A stretch of DNA of 62,988 nucleotides, counting the filler, from a bacterium (GTDB lineage Bacteria > UBA9089 > CG2-30-40-21 > SBAY01), in NCBI GenBank assembly GCA_040757115.1. It is 3 parts of 3 records of this genome, joined end to end, with 100 filler letters (N's around TTAATTAATTAA, not from the genome) between each part and the next. Parts side by side here need not be neighbours in the genome. Positions count along the whole stretch, not along the records: positions 1 to 21,265 come from JBFLYA010000050.1; 2 more parts are not named here. The stretch is one strand, 5' to 3'. Shown piece by piece: positions 9,789-19,614 of the stretch. Below the pieces are notes generated by a model. It was given only the letters and a program-made list of their open reading frames with translations, searched no databases and was not told where the DNA came from. The position numbers were made by a program, and so were the translations under genes. Position 1 is the stretch's first letter, and the number at the start of each line of letters is the position of its first letter.

Positions 9789-10406
9789 ATGGGGAAAAAT
9801 CTACTTATTGTCATCTCCGCTCCTTCGGGTGCAGGGAAAACAACGATATGTAAAAGATTAATCAAAACTACACCTAATCTTGTCTTTTCTGTATCAATGA
9901 CTACCAGACAACCACGCGAGAATGAAATTAATGGAGCTGATTATATTTTTGTTGATGTTGATGAATTTGAGGATAAAATTAAAAAGGGTGAATTTATCGA
10001 ATGGGCAAAGATTTATGATGATTATTATGGCACCCCTAAAAAATTCCTTAATGAATCACTTGCCTCTGGAATGGATGTTCTCCTCGACATTGATGCTCAA
10101 GGGGCAATGAATGTTCAGGGAAGATATAGAGATAACAGTGTCCTGATATTTATTATCCCACCTTTCATAGAGGATTTAAAAACACGATTATCCAATCGAA
10201 TGACAGATAGCCTGGAAGAAATAGAAAAACGACTTTCACTGGCAAAACAAGAATTAAAAAATCTTGAGAAGTATGATTATTGCGTCGTCAATGACGACAT
10301 AGGAGTAACGGTCGGAAAATTAAAATCTATCATTATTGCGGAGAAAAATAAGGTAAAAAAAATTGGGAAAGAGATTTTAGAGCAATTGGGAATAGAAGAT
10401 GTATAA
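9789..10406 (+). CDS. gmk: Guanylate kinase
   Basis: SAPSGAGKTT, SMTTRQPRENE, YYGT; GAGGAGG supports ATG 9789. Confidence 0.95.
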   Translation: MGKNLLIVISAPSGAGKTTICKRLIKTTPNLVFSVSMTTRQPRENEINGADYIFVDVDEFEDKIKKGEFIEWAKIYDDYYGTPKKFLNESLASGMDVLLDIDAQGAMNVQGRYRDNSVLIFIIPPFIEDLKTRLSNRMTDSLEEIEKRLSLAKQELKNLEKYDYCVVNDDIGVTVGKLKSIIIAEKNKVKKIGKEILEQLGIEDV

Positions 10407-11619
10407 CGGTAAAAATATTATTCTGGGAATAACAGGAAGTATAGCGGCTTATAAATCTGCAGAGATAACCAGTCAGTTAGTCAAACTTGGAGCAAATGTT
10501 ACGGTTATAATGACTAAATCTGCGATACAATTCATCTCACCTCTTACCCTTCAAACCATATCTAAAAATAAAGTCATCACAGACCTTTTTGAGATACCTG
10601 CTTCATCCGGGGTAGAGCACATAACTTTGGTAGATAAAGCGGATATTTTCTTAATTGCCCCAGCCACAGCAAATATTATTGGTAAAATAGCCTGCGGTAT
10701 AGCCGATGATTTTTTAACCACTTTTGCCCTTGCCTGTCATTGTCCTATTCTCATTGCCCCGGCGATGAATGAAAAAATGTATCTTAACCCAATGGTCCAG
10801 GCAAATATCAAAAAATTAAAATCTTATGGTATCCAGTTTATTGAACCAGAAGAGGGCATTTTAGCCTGTGGTGAAAAAGGATTAGGCAAATTAGCCCATG
10901 TAGATAAAATACTTACCGAGATTGACTTGATTTTAAATTCATCATCTCTACTGAAGGGTAAAAAGATTTTAGTTACTGCTGGTGGCACACGCGAGCCAAT
11001 TGACCCAGTTCGCTATATCGGAAATCGCTCTTCAGGTAAAATGGGTTACGCCCTGGCTTTGGCGGCTAAAGAATTTGGTGCTGAGGTAACATTGATTAGT
11101 GCCCCGACTCAATTAGAGCCGCCTCAAGGTGTAAAAACTATTTTTGTAGAAACCGCCTTACAAATGCAAGATGAGGTATTAAAGGCATTTCCAGAGGTTG
11201 ATGTCGTCATATCTGCGGCGGCAGTTGCCGATTTTTCACCCATCCAGGTTGCCCCACAAAAGATTAAAAAAACTACCGCAAGCCTATCTTTGGAATTAAA
11301 AAAGACCCCTGACATCCTCGCCCAACTGGGCAAAAATAAAAAAGATAAAATACTCATAGGCTTTGCCGCTGAATCTGAAAACCTTATCTTAAATGCAAAA
11401 AAGAAATTAAAAGAAAAAAACTTAGACCTGATTGTGGTTAATGATATTAAAACAGGATTTGGTCAAGACACAAGCCAGGTAACAATTATTACTAGGGATG
11501 ATAGAATTGAGGAATTACCACTTCTACCTAAAAAAGAGATTGCAAGACGAATCCTTGCAGAAATCAGATTTGGGCGGGTGCGTGTAAAATTTATGGGTAA
11601 AAAATATTCTGAGAGTTAG
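10399..11619 (+). CDS. coaBC: Phosphopantothenoylcysteine decarboxylase / ligase
   Basis: GITGSIAAYK, APAMN, TAGGTREPIDPVR, SSGKMG, GFAAE; last ~13 codons come from an inserted element. Confidence 0.96.
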   Translation: MYNGKNIILGITGSIAAYKSAEITSQLVKLGANVTVIMTKSAIQFISPLTLQTISKNKVITDLFEIPASSGVEHITLVDKADIFLIAPATANIIGKIACGIADDFLTTFALACHCPILIAPAMNEKMYLNPMVQANIKKLKSYGIQFIEPEEGILACGEKGLGKLAHVDKILTEIDLILNSSSLLKGKKILVTAGGTREPIDPVRYIGNRSSGKMGYALALAAKEFGAEVTLISAPTQLEPPQGVKTIFVETALQMQDEVLKAFPEVDVVISAAAVADFSPIQVAPQKIKKTTASLSLELKKTPDILAQLGKNKKDKILIGFAAESENLILNAKKKLKEKNLDLIVVNDIKTGFGQDTSQVTIITRDDRIEELPLLPKKEIARRILAEIRFGRVRVKFMGKKYSES

Positions 11620-11960
11620 ACCTGAAATTAAATCAAATATCAAATATCAAAATGCAAAATTACAAATCAAATTTCAAAAAGGACGGGACGGTTCCTTTTA
11701 TCGTTTTTCCTATGATTTTTGTTAGAAATTGGAAATTAGAAATTGGGCTTTTGTCTCTCTCCCTAATTTCTAATTTCAATCCGCAATCTTTCAAACAAAA
11801 GTGAACCGTCCCAAAAGGACTTCTATTTTAACGCTGAAAGGAAAGAGATAATTTTACATTTTGATATGTAATTTTTATATTTGCTTTTTGCATTTTGCTC
11901 TTTGGAGGAGATTGATAAAAATAGAGGTGTAAAAGTTACCCACAAATTTTACATACACCC
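11576..11960. mobile_element. MITE with GGGTG termini (IS256-like), copy 1
   Basis: 25-bp imperfect terminal IR; flanks GATTTGGGC / TATTGGGGC (7/9). Confidence 0.75.
11685..11812. mobile_element. Nested MITE with GGGACGGTTC termini
   Basis: GGGACGGTTC...GAACCGTCCC flanked by perfect AAAAGGAC duplication. Confidence 0.75.
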
Positions 11961-12021
11961 TATTGGGGCTCACGAAAAAATAATAAAGTAATAAATCTAA
12001 CCTGTCGATATTTATATTAGA

Positions 12022-12918
12022 ATGAAGTATTTAGATGAATTTTTGTTATATTTAAGGGTAGAAAAGGATACCTCTTATCATACACAGCGAGGTTATAAGG
12101 CGGATTTATTAGGGATAGATAGCTTTATAAAAACCCTCACCAAACGGAAAATAGAATTAGGGAATCCTGGTGTTGATAGATTAATAATTAGACAATACCT
12201 TGCCTATCTTCAAAAAGAAAATTATTCTCGTAAAAGTATGGCGCGAAAATTAGCCAGTCTGAGGACTTATTTTAAATTTTTATGCAGAAAAGGATATATT
12301 CAGACAAATCCCGCTAAAAGTATATTTACCCCCAAGTTGACACAAGACTTGCCAACATTTTTATACCAGAATGAGATAGTAGCACTAATTGAATTACCTG
12401 AAAACTCAACAGCATTGCTTTTACGAGATAGGGCAATAATGGAAACCCTTTATTCAACCGGGATGAGAGTAAGTGAATTGGTTGGAATGAACCTGTTAGA
12501 TATAGATGAAACAAGTGGAATGGTGAAGGTGTTAGGGAAAGGGAATAAAGAAAGATTGGTTCCAATTGGCTCTTATGCCCTGAGTTGCATAGAAAGGTAT
12601 CTTGGAAAACGAATAGAATTACTTAAAAAGAACCGCGAGCAAGAGGCGTTATTCCTGAATGGAAAAGGAGGACGATTGACTTCACGCGGGGTAAGACTCA
12701 TTGTTAATAAATATGTAAATAAAATGGCTATTTCAAAACATGTCAGTCCACATACCTTTCGTCATACCTTTGCCACGCATCTTTTAGATGCTGGGGCAGA
12801 TTTAAGGATTGTTCAGGAATTATTAGGACATGCAAGTTTAGCTACAACCCAGATTTATACCCACTTGACTAAAGAACGACTCAAATCTGTTTATGACAAA
12901 GCCCACCCCCGAGCATAA
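12022..12918 (+). CDS. xerC: Tyrosine recombinase XerC
   Basis: LYSTGMRVSE, GKGNKER, HTFRHTFATH, LLGH, TQIYTH; housekeeping context. Confidence 0.9.
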   Translation: MKYLDEFLLYLRVEKDTSYHTQRGYKADLLGIDSFIKTLTKRKIELGNPGVDRLIIRQYLAYLQKENYSRKSMARKLASLRTYFKFLCRKGYIQTNPAKSIFTPKLTQDLPTFLYQNEIVALIELPENSTALLLRDRAIMETLYSTGMRVSELVGMNLLDIDETSGMVKVLGKGNKERLVPIGSYALSCIERYLGKRIELLKKNREQEALFLNGKGGRLTSRGVRLIVNKYVNKMAISKHVSPHTFRHTFATHLLDAGADLRIVQELLGHASLATTQIYTHLTKERLKSVYDKAHPRA

Positions 12919-12993
12919 AAGGTAAAAGGTTTTATGGTTGAATGGTTGATAGTTGATGGTTGATGGTTGATAGTCTATGAAACTATAAACTTA

Positions 12994-13269
12994 GAGTTCT
13001 GCAAAACTAAGAAACTGTAGTTTTTAAGCGGGTATTTAAAACCTCTTTTTATCAATTTCCTCCAAAGAGCAAAATGCAAAAAGCAAATATAAAAATTACA
13101 TATCAAAATGTAAAATTATCTCTTCCCTTTCAGCGTTAAAATACTTGAAGCAAAGATATTACCAATTTGAAATTTGATTTGTAATTTTGCATTTTGATAT
13201 TTGATTTTTTATCTCTAATTTCAGGTCTACCTCTCAGTTATCTCCCCCAAATCCTATTTTGCAGAACCC
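12994..13269 (-). mobile_element. TA-flanked MITE carrying a deleted four-helix-bundle cassette
   Basis: TA|GAGTTCTGCAAAA...TTTTGCAGAACCC|TA; interior matches both ends of the 20825 gene. Confidence 0.8.
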
Positions 13270-13388
13270 TAACTATAAACTATAAACTATCAACCCTGTT
13301 GCTATATCTGTTCTATGAGAAATTTTCGTTAATAACTACTATATTCCCCCATTTCACTGCCCCATTACGATTTACCTCTTTTTTCCCT

Positions 13389-13418
13389 TTGACAAATGGC
13401 ATTTGAATATGGTATAAT
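13389..13418 (+). promoter_or_regulatory. Sigma70 promoter of glycan cluster 1
   Basis: TTGACA-18-TATAAT with TG extension. Confidence 0.6.
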
Positions 13419-13436
13419 CTTGTAGAGGTATGATTA

Positions 13437-14204
13437 ATGACCACGATAGATAATAAACATCTTTCCATAAAAGAATTAAGAGCCTTTCAACCAGAAGAGA
13501 AAGACCCTACCTGGAAATTTTGTCTATTTTTTTCGATTTACATCACTAAATTGTTTTTATATACAAAGATTTCAGCCAATCAGGTGTCTTTTTTATTCTG
13601 TATTGTCAGTCTATTTGCGGCATTATTATTAATGGGGGGCATAGCAACCAATGATTGGAGATATTTTATCGGAGTTCCATTTTTTATTTATCTTTACTTA
13701 ATATTAGATTGTGTCGATGGAGAGGTAGCCAGGGCAAAAGCGACAGCCAATCCTATCACCGGGAAAATAGTTGATGTTTTATGTCATGAAATTTTTGATG
13801 ATGCGGTTATAGTCACGGTAACATTAGGTATATATTTTCGAATAGAAAATAATTTGCCTTTAATTATGGGCTTGTTTTTATTTTTTGGTAAAAGTATCAG
13901 CCGGAGATTAGAGGATATAATAATACGGGTAATTCGCTTGCATGCACAGGATAAAGTTCGTAAGGAAGATATTGTTAAGGTTTCTACTAATCATAAAATA
14001 AAAAGATTAATTCACTATATTCTACCTTCTAATTGTGAACATGGCTATATTCCATATAAAGGGATTTTTTTAATAATGATATGTAGTTTATTCGGAGACT
14101 TGATGTTATTAGGCGCTTTTGCTCTATGGGCATTTTGGTTTAATTTAAAATGGGTCTATAAAACCTGTAAATTTTTTAAAGCACCTTATAATTACCTTAA
14201 GTAA
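13437..14204 (+). CDS. CDP-alcohol phosphatidyltransferase family protein
   Basis: SANQVS, LDCVDGEVAR...GKIVD signature; hydrophobic helices. Confidence 0.85.
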   Translation: MTTIDNKHLSIKELRAFQPEEKDPTWKFCLFFSIYITKLFLYTKISANQVSFLFCIVSLFAALLLMGGIATNDWRYFIGVPFFIYLYLILDCVDGEVARAKATANPITGKIVDVLCHEIFDDAVIVTVTLGIYFRIENNLPLIMGLFLFFGKSISRRLEDIIIRVIRLHAQDKVRKEDIVKVSTNHKIKRLIHYILPSNCEHGYIPYKGIFLIMICSLFGDLMLLGAFALWAFWFNLKWVYKTCKFFKAPYNYLK

Positions 14205-14218
14205 AAAAGGATTTTTTT

Positions 14219-15688
14219 ATGACTTATGATGTCGGAGAAAAAACTAAAAGAAGTATTTTTTGGGTAACTTCTGGTCGAATATGCAATTATATAATTGAAT
14301 TTGTTGGTGGGGTAATAGTCGCCCGGATTCTATTTCCTCAAGATTTTGGGATTATGGCAATTGCCATGATTTTTATTCACTTCGCACAACGATTGGGTGA
14401 ATTTGGTTTTAATGTCGCCTTAATTCAAAAAGAAAAAATTACACAGGACCACATTTTTACAATATTTATGATTAATTTTGGGATGGGAACCATCTTATGC
14501 CTTTCTCTGGTCGGAACTTCTCCTTTTATTGGGAAGTTCTACGATAATGACCTGGTAGGAAAGGTATTGGCTGTTGTTTCCATAGAGTTTATCTTGAGAG
14601 GTTTAGCAAGCACTCCTGTGGCATTGTTGCAGAGGGAACTCAAATATGGTCAACATTCTGCAATTTCTTTGATAAGTATAATTTTATCAACCGGAGTAAC
14701 TATTCTATTAGCCTTAGCTAATTTTGAAATCTGGAGTCTTGTATTTGGCAGATTAGCTGCAAGTGTTGCGGAAATTATTAGTATTATGATTATAACTAAA
14801 TGGATTCCAAAATTTAGGTATAAACATTGGGCAATGAAAGAAATGTTTTCTTTTGGTATATGGATGTTTTTGAGGGCTCAACTTGCTTATTTCCTTAGAA
14901 ATATAGACTATCTTATTATTAGTAAAAGGCTGGGCGTTGTCCCGTTAGGTTTTTATGAAAGAGGAAATAACCTGGTCATTGCCTCTCAAAGACTAATTGG
15001 CATAGGTGTTCAGCAGGTAAGTTTTTCTTCGTTTTCCCGAATTCAAAAAGATAGTGAACTTTTGAAAAATACCTTTCAGAAAATATTAACAGGGCTCTCC
15101 CTCTATAACTATTCTATTTTAATAGGGATGTTTTTAGTTGCTCCTTCATTTATTCCTGTAGTCTATGGGGAAAAATGGATACCAACAATTTTACCTCTTC
15201 AAATTCTATGTTTCTCTGGTATCCCTCGCTCTTTAGAATTTTTAAGTAACTCATTTGCTACGGCCAAAGGAGACTTGAAAAAATTTACAGGAGTCCTGGC
15301 GATTCATTTTATCTTTTTATCTATCGCCTGTTTTATAGGGAGTTTTTATGGTATCATTGGAGTGGCTATTGGTGTAACTATCTCAAGCGTTTTCGTCTAT
15401 ATTCTTCTATTTAATTTCCTGATGCATCTTGGTGGGTTTAAATTAATGGATATTCTGTCACCGCAAATCCCTGCCTTAACCTATATTAGTATTATGGTAT
15501 TAGGGGTAAAATCATGGGAATTAATGATGAAAAACCTCTGGCAAATACAATCATTCCCTATGCTTATTTCCTCTATCCTTGTAGGAGGGATATTATATTT
15601 TGGCGCTTTATTTACGATAAGATTTAAACAGACGGAATTTTTAAGGCTGGAATTAATGACCAGGATTAAATCAGTTCTTAAAAGGTAA
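14219..15688 (+). CDS. Wzx-type polysaccharide flippase
   Basis: ARILFPQDFG, ALIQK, many transmembrane segments, 489 aa. Confidence 0.88.
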   Translation: MTYDVGEKTKRSIFWVTSGRICNYIIEFVGGVIVARILFPQDFGIMAIAMIFIHFAQRLGEFGFNVALIQKEKITQDHIFTIFMINFGMGTILCLSLVGTSPFIGKFYDNDLVGKVLAVVSIEFILRGLASTPVALLQRELKYGQHSAISLISIILSTGVTILLALANFEIWSLVFGRLAASVAEIISIMIITKWIPKFRYKHWAMKEMFSFGIWMFLRAQLAYFLRNIDYLIISKRLGVVPLGFYERGNNLVIASQRLIGIGVQQVSFSSFSRIQKDSELLKNTFQKILTGLSLYNYSILIGMFLVAPSFIPVVYGEKWIPTILPLQILCFSGIPRSLEFLSNSFATAKGDLKKFTGVLAIHFIFLSIACFIGSFYGIIGVAIGVTISSVFVYILLFNFLMHLGGFKLMDILSPQIPALTYISIMVLGVKSWELMMKNLWQIQSFPMLISSILVGGILYFGALFTIRFKQTEFLRLELMTRIKSVLKR

Positions 15689-16177
15689 CTATTCACCCTG
15701 TAGGAAAGTAGGAGAGTAGGGAAGTAGGAAAGGGAAAGAAAATGAATGAGAAGTTAGATGATTTTAGACAACTTGTAGTATGGCAAAAAAGCCATCATTT
15801 AGTGATAAGAATATACGAAATAACCAAAAACTTCCCAACTGAAGAAAAATATGGATTGGTGCAACAGATGTGCCCAGCGGCTGTTTCTATTCCAGCAAAT
15901 ATTGCAGAAGGTTTTAAGAAACAAGGCATAAAGAATAAGTTAAATGCCTATAATATAAGCCAAGGATCTCTTGAAGAACTAAGGTATTATCTAATTCTAT
16001 CTAAAGATCTTAATTATCTGCCAGATTTTCAATCCATTTGGGATATATCTGAAGAAGTGAGTAGGATGCTTATAGGTTTAATCAAATCAATTAAGAGTAA
16101 AATAGTATGAAGTATTTTCCCCTCTTCCTACTTCCTACTTTCCTACTTCCTACTTGCTTGGTATGCTGAATAGTTAC
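15685..16177. mobile_element. GTAA-ended element carrying an intact four-helix-bundle cassette
   Basis: GTAACTATTCA...TGAATAGTTAC; GTAGGAA array upstream and TTCCTAC array downstream of the ORF. Confidence 0.75.
15742..16110 (+). CDS. Four helix bundle protein (23S rRNA IVS protein family)
   Basis: FRQLVVWQK, FPTEEKYGLVQQ, SIPANIAEG, GSLEELRYYL. Confidence 0.92.
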   Translation: MNEKLDDFRQLVVWQKSHHLVIRIYEITKNFPTEEKYGLVQQMCPAAVSIPANIAEGFKKQGIKNKLNAYNISQGSLEELRYYLILSKDLNYLPDFQSIWDISEEVSRMLIGLIKSIKSKIV

Positions 16178-16263
16178 TTATAAAGTAAGTAATCGGTTAA
16201 ATGGTAGCTGGTAACTAATTACCATTCACCAGTTACCAGTTACCAAAAATAAGGAGGCTTTGG

Positions 16264-16509
16264 ATGGAGATTGAAGGAGCAATTAGAAAATTTATCGAGG
16301 ATGACCTTTTAGAAGACTCAATGACTGAATTAAGTAATAATGATTCATTATTAGAAAAAGGCATCATCGATTCATTTAATATGGTCAAACTACTTACATT
16401 TATTGAATCTACATTTTCACTTAAAATTGACGATGAAGAACTTATGCCAGAAAACTTTGACTCAATATCAGCCATTGCAAATTTTGTTAAAAATAAGAGA
16501 CAAGAATGA
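16264..16509 (+). CDS. Acyl/aminoacyl carrier protein
   Basis: GIIDSF phosphopantetheine site, ELMPENFDSI; acidic 81 aa; AGGAGG RBS. Confidence 0.88.
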   Translation: MEIEGAIRKFIEDDLLEDSMTELSNNDSLLEKGIIDSFNMVKLLTFIESTFSLKIDDEELMPENFDSISAIANFVKNKRQE

Positions 16510-17717
16510 AAAATATATCTATTCCTTTTAAAGCCTGGTATGGAGATGAGCAATTTATCCTTGAATTCCCGGATAACTGGGAAATTCAGGAATATAATAT
16601 GGTAGATGCACCTCCAATACCCATTAATGAAATAGAAAAGGCATTTTATAATCCCATCGGTAGTAAAAGAATAAGCGAATTAGTCAGAGGCAAAACTACA
16701 GCCGCTATTGCTGTTGAGGATATGACAAGACCTTCTCCACTTGAGGATATTCTCCAATTAATCTTAAAAGAACTAAAAATAGGTGGGATAGAGGATAAAA
16801 ATATAAAAATAATTATTAGCACAGGCGGGCATAGACCGTTACTCCAGGATGATTTAATCAAAAAATTAGGCAGGGAAATAGTTAAGAGATGTGATATTTA
16901 TAATCATAATCCATTCGAAAATCTTTCAACTCTCCATGGTATCCGAATTAATAGATTCTTTCTTGAGGCAGAATTTAAAATTGTCGTCGGCAGTGTCATT
17001 CCACATCCATTTGCCGGGTTTAGTGGTGGGGCAAAGATAGTCTCGCCGGGATTAACAGGTATAGAGTGGTTAGTTAGAAGTCATAAGTCTGTTCTTATGG
17101 GATTGAAAGGTAGTATTGGGGTAGTTGAAGGGAATAAATTTCGGGCGGAATTAGAACAGATTGCTAAAAATATTGGCGTGGATATTGGGATTAATATTGT
17201 TCCTAATTCTAAAAGACAAATAGCAAAGGTAGTAGCAGGAGATATTGTTGAGGCACATCGCGAGGCAGTAAGATTTGCCCGCGAGATTTATATGACAAAA
17301 ATCCCTCATCAGGCAGATGTTGTTATCCTCAATGCCTATCCAAAGGATACAGAATTGTTACAATCAGAAAATGCCTTTGATTTCTATCGCTCGGCTAATG
17401 ATTCTATAATAAAACAAAATGGCGTAGTCATTTTAATAAGTGCCTGTAGTCTGGGTAGAGGTTACCATGCATTATTTGAACCAGGAATGCAATTATATAG
17501 ACTGCCAGGCAAGAAAAGATTCCTCGGCGATAAAAGGCTTTTTTTCTTCTCACCTTATATTAATCATCTGGATTTTTGTAAGGTTTTCTGGAGTGATTAT
17601 TTCTTTTTTGATAACTGGCAAAAACTCATTACCGAACTTAAAAAAATATATCCAGATAATTGTCAAATAGCCATTTTCCCTTACAGTTCAATTCAATTAG
17701 CCCAAAATGAAGGATAA
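16506..17717 (+). CDS. LarA-family (lactate racemase-like) protein
   Basis: DMTRP, GGHR, NHNP, PHPFAGFSGGAK motifs; ATGA-coupled to the carrier protein. Confidence 0.85.
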   Translation: MKNISIPFKAWYGDEQFILEFPDNWEIQEYNMVDAPPIPINEIEKAFYNPIGSKRISELVRGKTTAAIAVEDMTRPSPLEDILQLILKELKIGGIEDKNIKIIISTGGHRPLLQDDLIKKLGREIVKRCDIYNHNPFENLSTLHGIRINRFFLEAEFKIVVGSVIPHPFAGFSGGAKIVSPGLTGIEWLVRSHKSVLMGLKGSIGVVEGNKFRAELEQIAKNIGVDIGINIVPNSKRQIAKVVAGDIVEAHREAVRFAREIYMTKIPHQADVVILNAYPKDTELLQSENAFDFYRSANDSIIKQNGVVILISACSLGRGYHALFEPGMQLYRLPGKKRFLGDKRLFFFSPYINHLDFCKVFWSDYFFFDNWQKLITELKKIYPDNCQIAIFPYSSIQLAQNEG

Positions 17718-17724
17718 AAAATAA

Positions 17725-17783
17725 GTAACCGTTCAGGTAGTCCTTTACTGCACAGACGCTGTGTCTCTGCGGTGAACAGTTAC
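17725..17783. mobile_element. Collapsed GTAA-ended MITE between convergent genes
   Basis: GTAACCGTTCAGG...TGAACAGTTAC; ends match 47046-47291. Confidence 0.65.
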
Positions 17784-17794
17784 CTCTTTTTTAA

Positions 17795-18568
17795 TTATCC
17801 AGGTAAAGTGAACAAAAGCCATTTAAGAAAATAGATAGATTCGAAATGCGGGACTTCTTTTTCTTCAAGAATCTGATTAGTAAAGAAGAAGGAATCACCG
17901 ATAACGACAAATTTACCCTTGCCATAAGGTAGCTGAACAATAAGGGGGTAGCCGTAGGCACTGCATATCGTTTTAGCATTTTTATCCTCACAGAGGACTG
18001 GCCAACCCTTATAAAATGTTGCCACCTTATTTATACCTTCCATCTCTACCTGGAAATACCCCAGTGGAACATTGGCGAGTTTGAACCCAAAGTTATTCAA
18101 CAGCCTTAAAGAACCACCCTTTTCCTCAAACCCAACAGATAAAATCACAATGCCCCCTTGTTGAAGATATTCTTTAATAATTTCAATCTCTTTTTGGCAA
18201 AATGGTTTAGTTGGGGCTATAAAAATCAAAATATCTCCATTTAATATCTTTTCTCTGGAAAAATCCTTTAACATAAAGGAAAGATAGCCATTACGCATTA
18301 AATTAAGGTGTAATCCCATTATTCCTTGAGGTTTCCAGCTGTCTAATGTATAATATCCCGAATGGGAATTATCGACATAAGCAATATTTCCTTTAGGAAT
18401 TCGGGTTTGATTTCTTTTATTCAATTCAATAGAAACCAGAATAATAATGAGTGATAAAAAGACAAGAGAAATGAGAACAACAGTATTTCTTGAAAATATC
18501 AAGAAAAGGATTAAAGCAATTATTAAAGTAACGACTGGAAGGTAGGGATAATTAATGATTGATTCCAT
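17795..18568 (-). CDS. Membrane-anchored DUF4350-like protein
   Basis: Two N-terminal TM helices; AYVDNSH, YLQQGG, GKGKFVVIGDS; AGGAG RBS and promoter at 18586-18614. Confidence 0.65.
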   Translation of the reverse strand: MESIINYPYLPVVTLIIALILFLIFSRNTVVLISLVFLSLIIILVSIELNKRNQTRIPKGNIAYVDNSHSGYYTLDSWKPQGIMGLHLNLMRNGYLSFMLKDFSREKILNGDILIFIAPTKPFCQKEIEIIKEYLQQGGIVILSVGFEEKGGSLRLLNNFGFKLANVPLGYFQVEMEGINKVATFYKGWPVLCEDKNAKTICSAYGYPLIVQLPYGKGKFVVIGDSFFFTNQILEEKEVPHFESIYFLKWLLFTLPG

Positions 18569-18630
18569 TTTTTTGTCTCCTTTTTATTTTACTCTATTTT
18601 CTATTAATTGTCAACCTTTTTATTTGAAAC

Positions 18631-18995
18631 GGGTGCGTGTAAAATTTATGGGTAACTATTTAGCCGTCTGAAGTAACGGTTAAATCAATTGAAAATCACA
18701 AAATTCCAAATCACAAATACCAAATTACAAATAAATTTCAATGACCAAAATTCAAAATTCCAAACAATACAGGAAAAAGATTTTTTCTTCAATTATTGAA
18801 AAATCTAAATAAATTCCTCTCGTTGTCATATAATCTTTGGAATTTGAAACTTATTTGGAAATTGGAATTTGGAATTTATTTGAGATTTGGTGCTTGGAAT
18901 TTGTAATTTTCGCATTGAATTTCATCTATTTCTTTATATCGGCAAAAAGATGAATATTCCTCAATATTTTTTACCCACAAATTTTACATACACCT
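18631..18995. mobile_element. MITE with GGGTG termini (IS256-like), copy 2
   Basis: Same termini as 11576-11960; flanks ATTTGAAAC / GTTTGAAAC; heptamer hairpin cargo with KKIFSSIIEKSK* remnant. Confidence 0.75.
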
Positions 18996-19073
18996 GTTTG
19001 AAACCGAAAAACTGCTTGACAATTTCTCAGAGATATGCTACATTTTAAAGCAATACTCGATGTTCGAGTTTTT

Positions 19074-19550
19074 GTAACCGTTCAGGATATAACCACAGAG
19101 TCACAGAGAACACAGAGGGAATATATAACCACGAATGAACACAAATACAAAAAGATTTGTAGTGCGAGGCTTTAACCTCGCTTCTGGCAAGCAGGAAAGC
19201 GAACCTAATGGTTTTTGCAAAATTAACTTCCACTTTTCTGGAATACCATAAAATAAATTAAAAATCAAACATCAAAATGTAAAATTACAAATCAAAAATC
19301 AAAATATTCTCCAGCTACTTTGTTAATTTACAAGTATTTTTGCATTTTGCATTGTAATTTTGATATTTGCATTTTGATATTTACATTAAAGTTCTTCTTG
19401 CTATCGCTCTCCCCAAAAGAGGAACCTATTTATGAAAAAGCAATAAGGTTCGCACTACATTTATGGGATGTCAGAGGTTAATTCGTATCCATTTGTGGCT
19501 AATTTCCTTAATTCTCTGTGAACTCTGTGCCTCTGTGGCTGAACGCTTAC
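19074..19550. mobile_element. GTAA-ended MITE with 9-mer arms, REP doublet and nested insert
   Basis: GTAACCGTTCAG...CTGAACGCTTAC; flanks GAGTTTTT / AAGTTTTT; insert-free inverted copy at 41502-41748. Confidence 0.8.
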
Positions 19551-19614
19551 AAGTTTTTTAAGTGATAGGAATTTGCTTTTGGGGTGTTCTGACTATTCCA
19601 AAAGGAGGTGCCTT

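Noticed and set aside
12022-12918. Tyrosine recombinase as an island or MITE integrase
   Set aside because: Length, motifs and position near topA fit chromosomal XerC; no att sites or phage genes seen
19045-19233. Similar short ORFs at 19045-19233 and 41604-41837, plus ORFs at 3859, 13194, 41812 and 61158
   Set aside because: They are translations of repeat DNA; the similarity reflects the shared element
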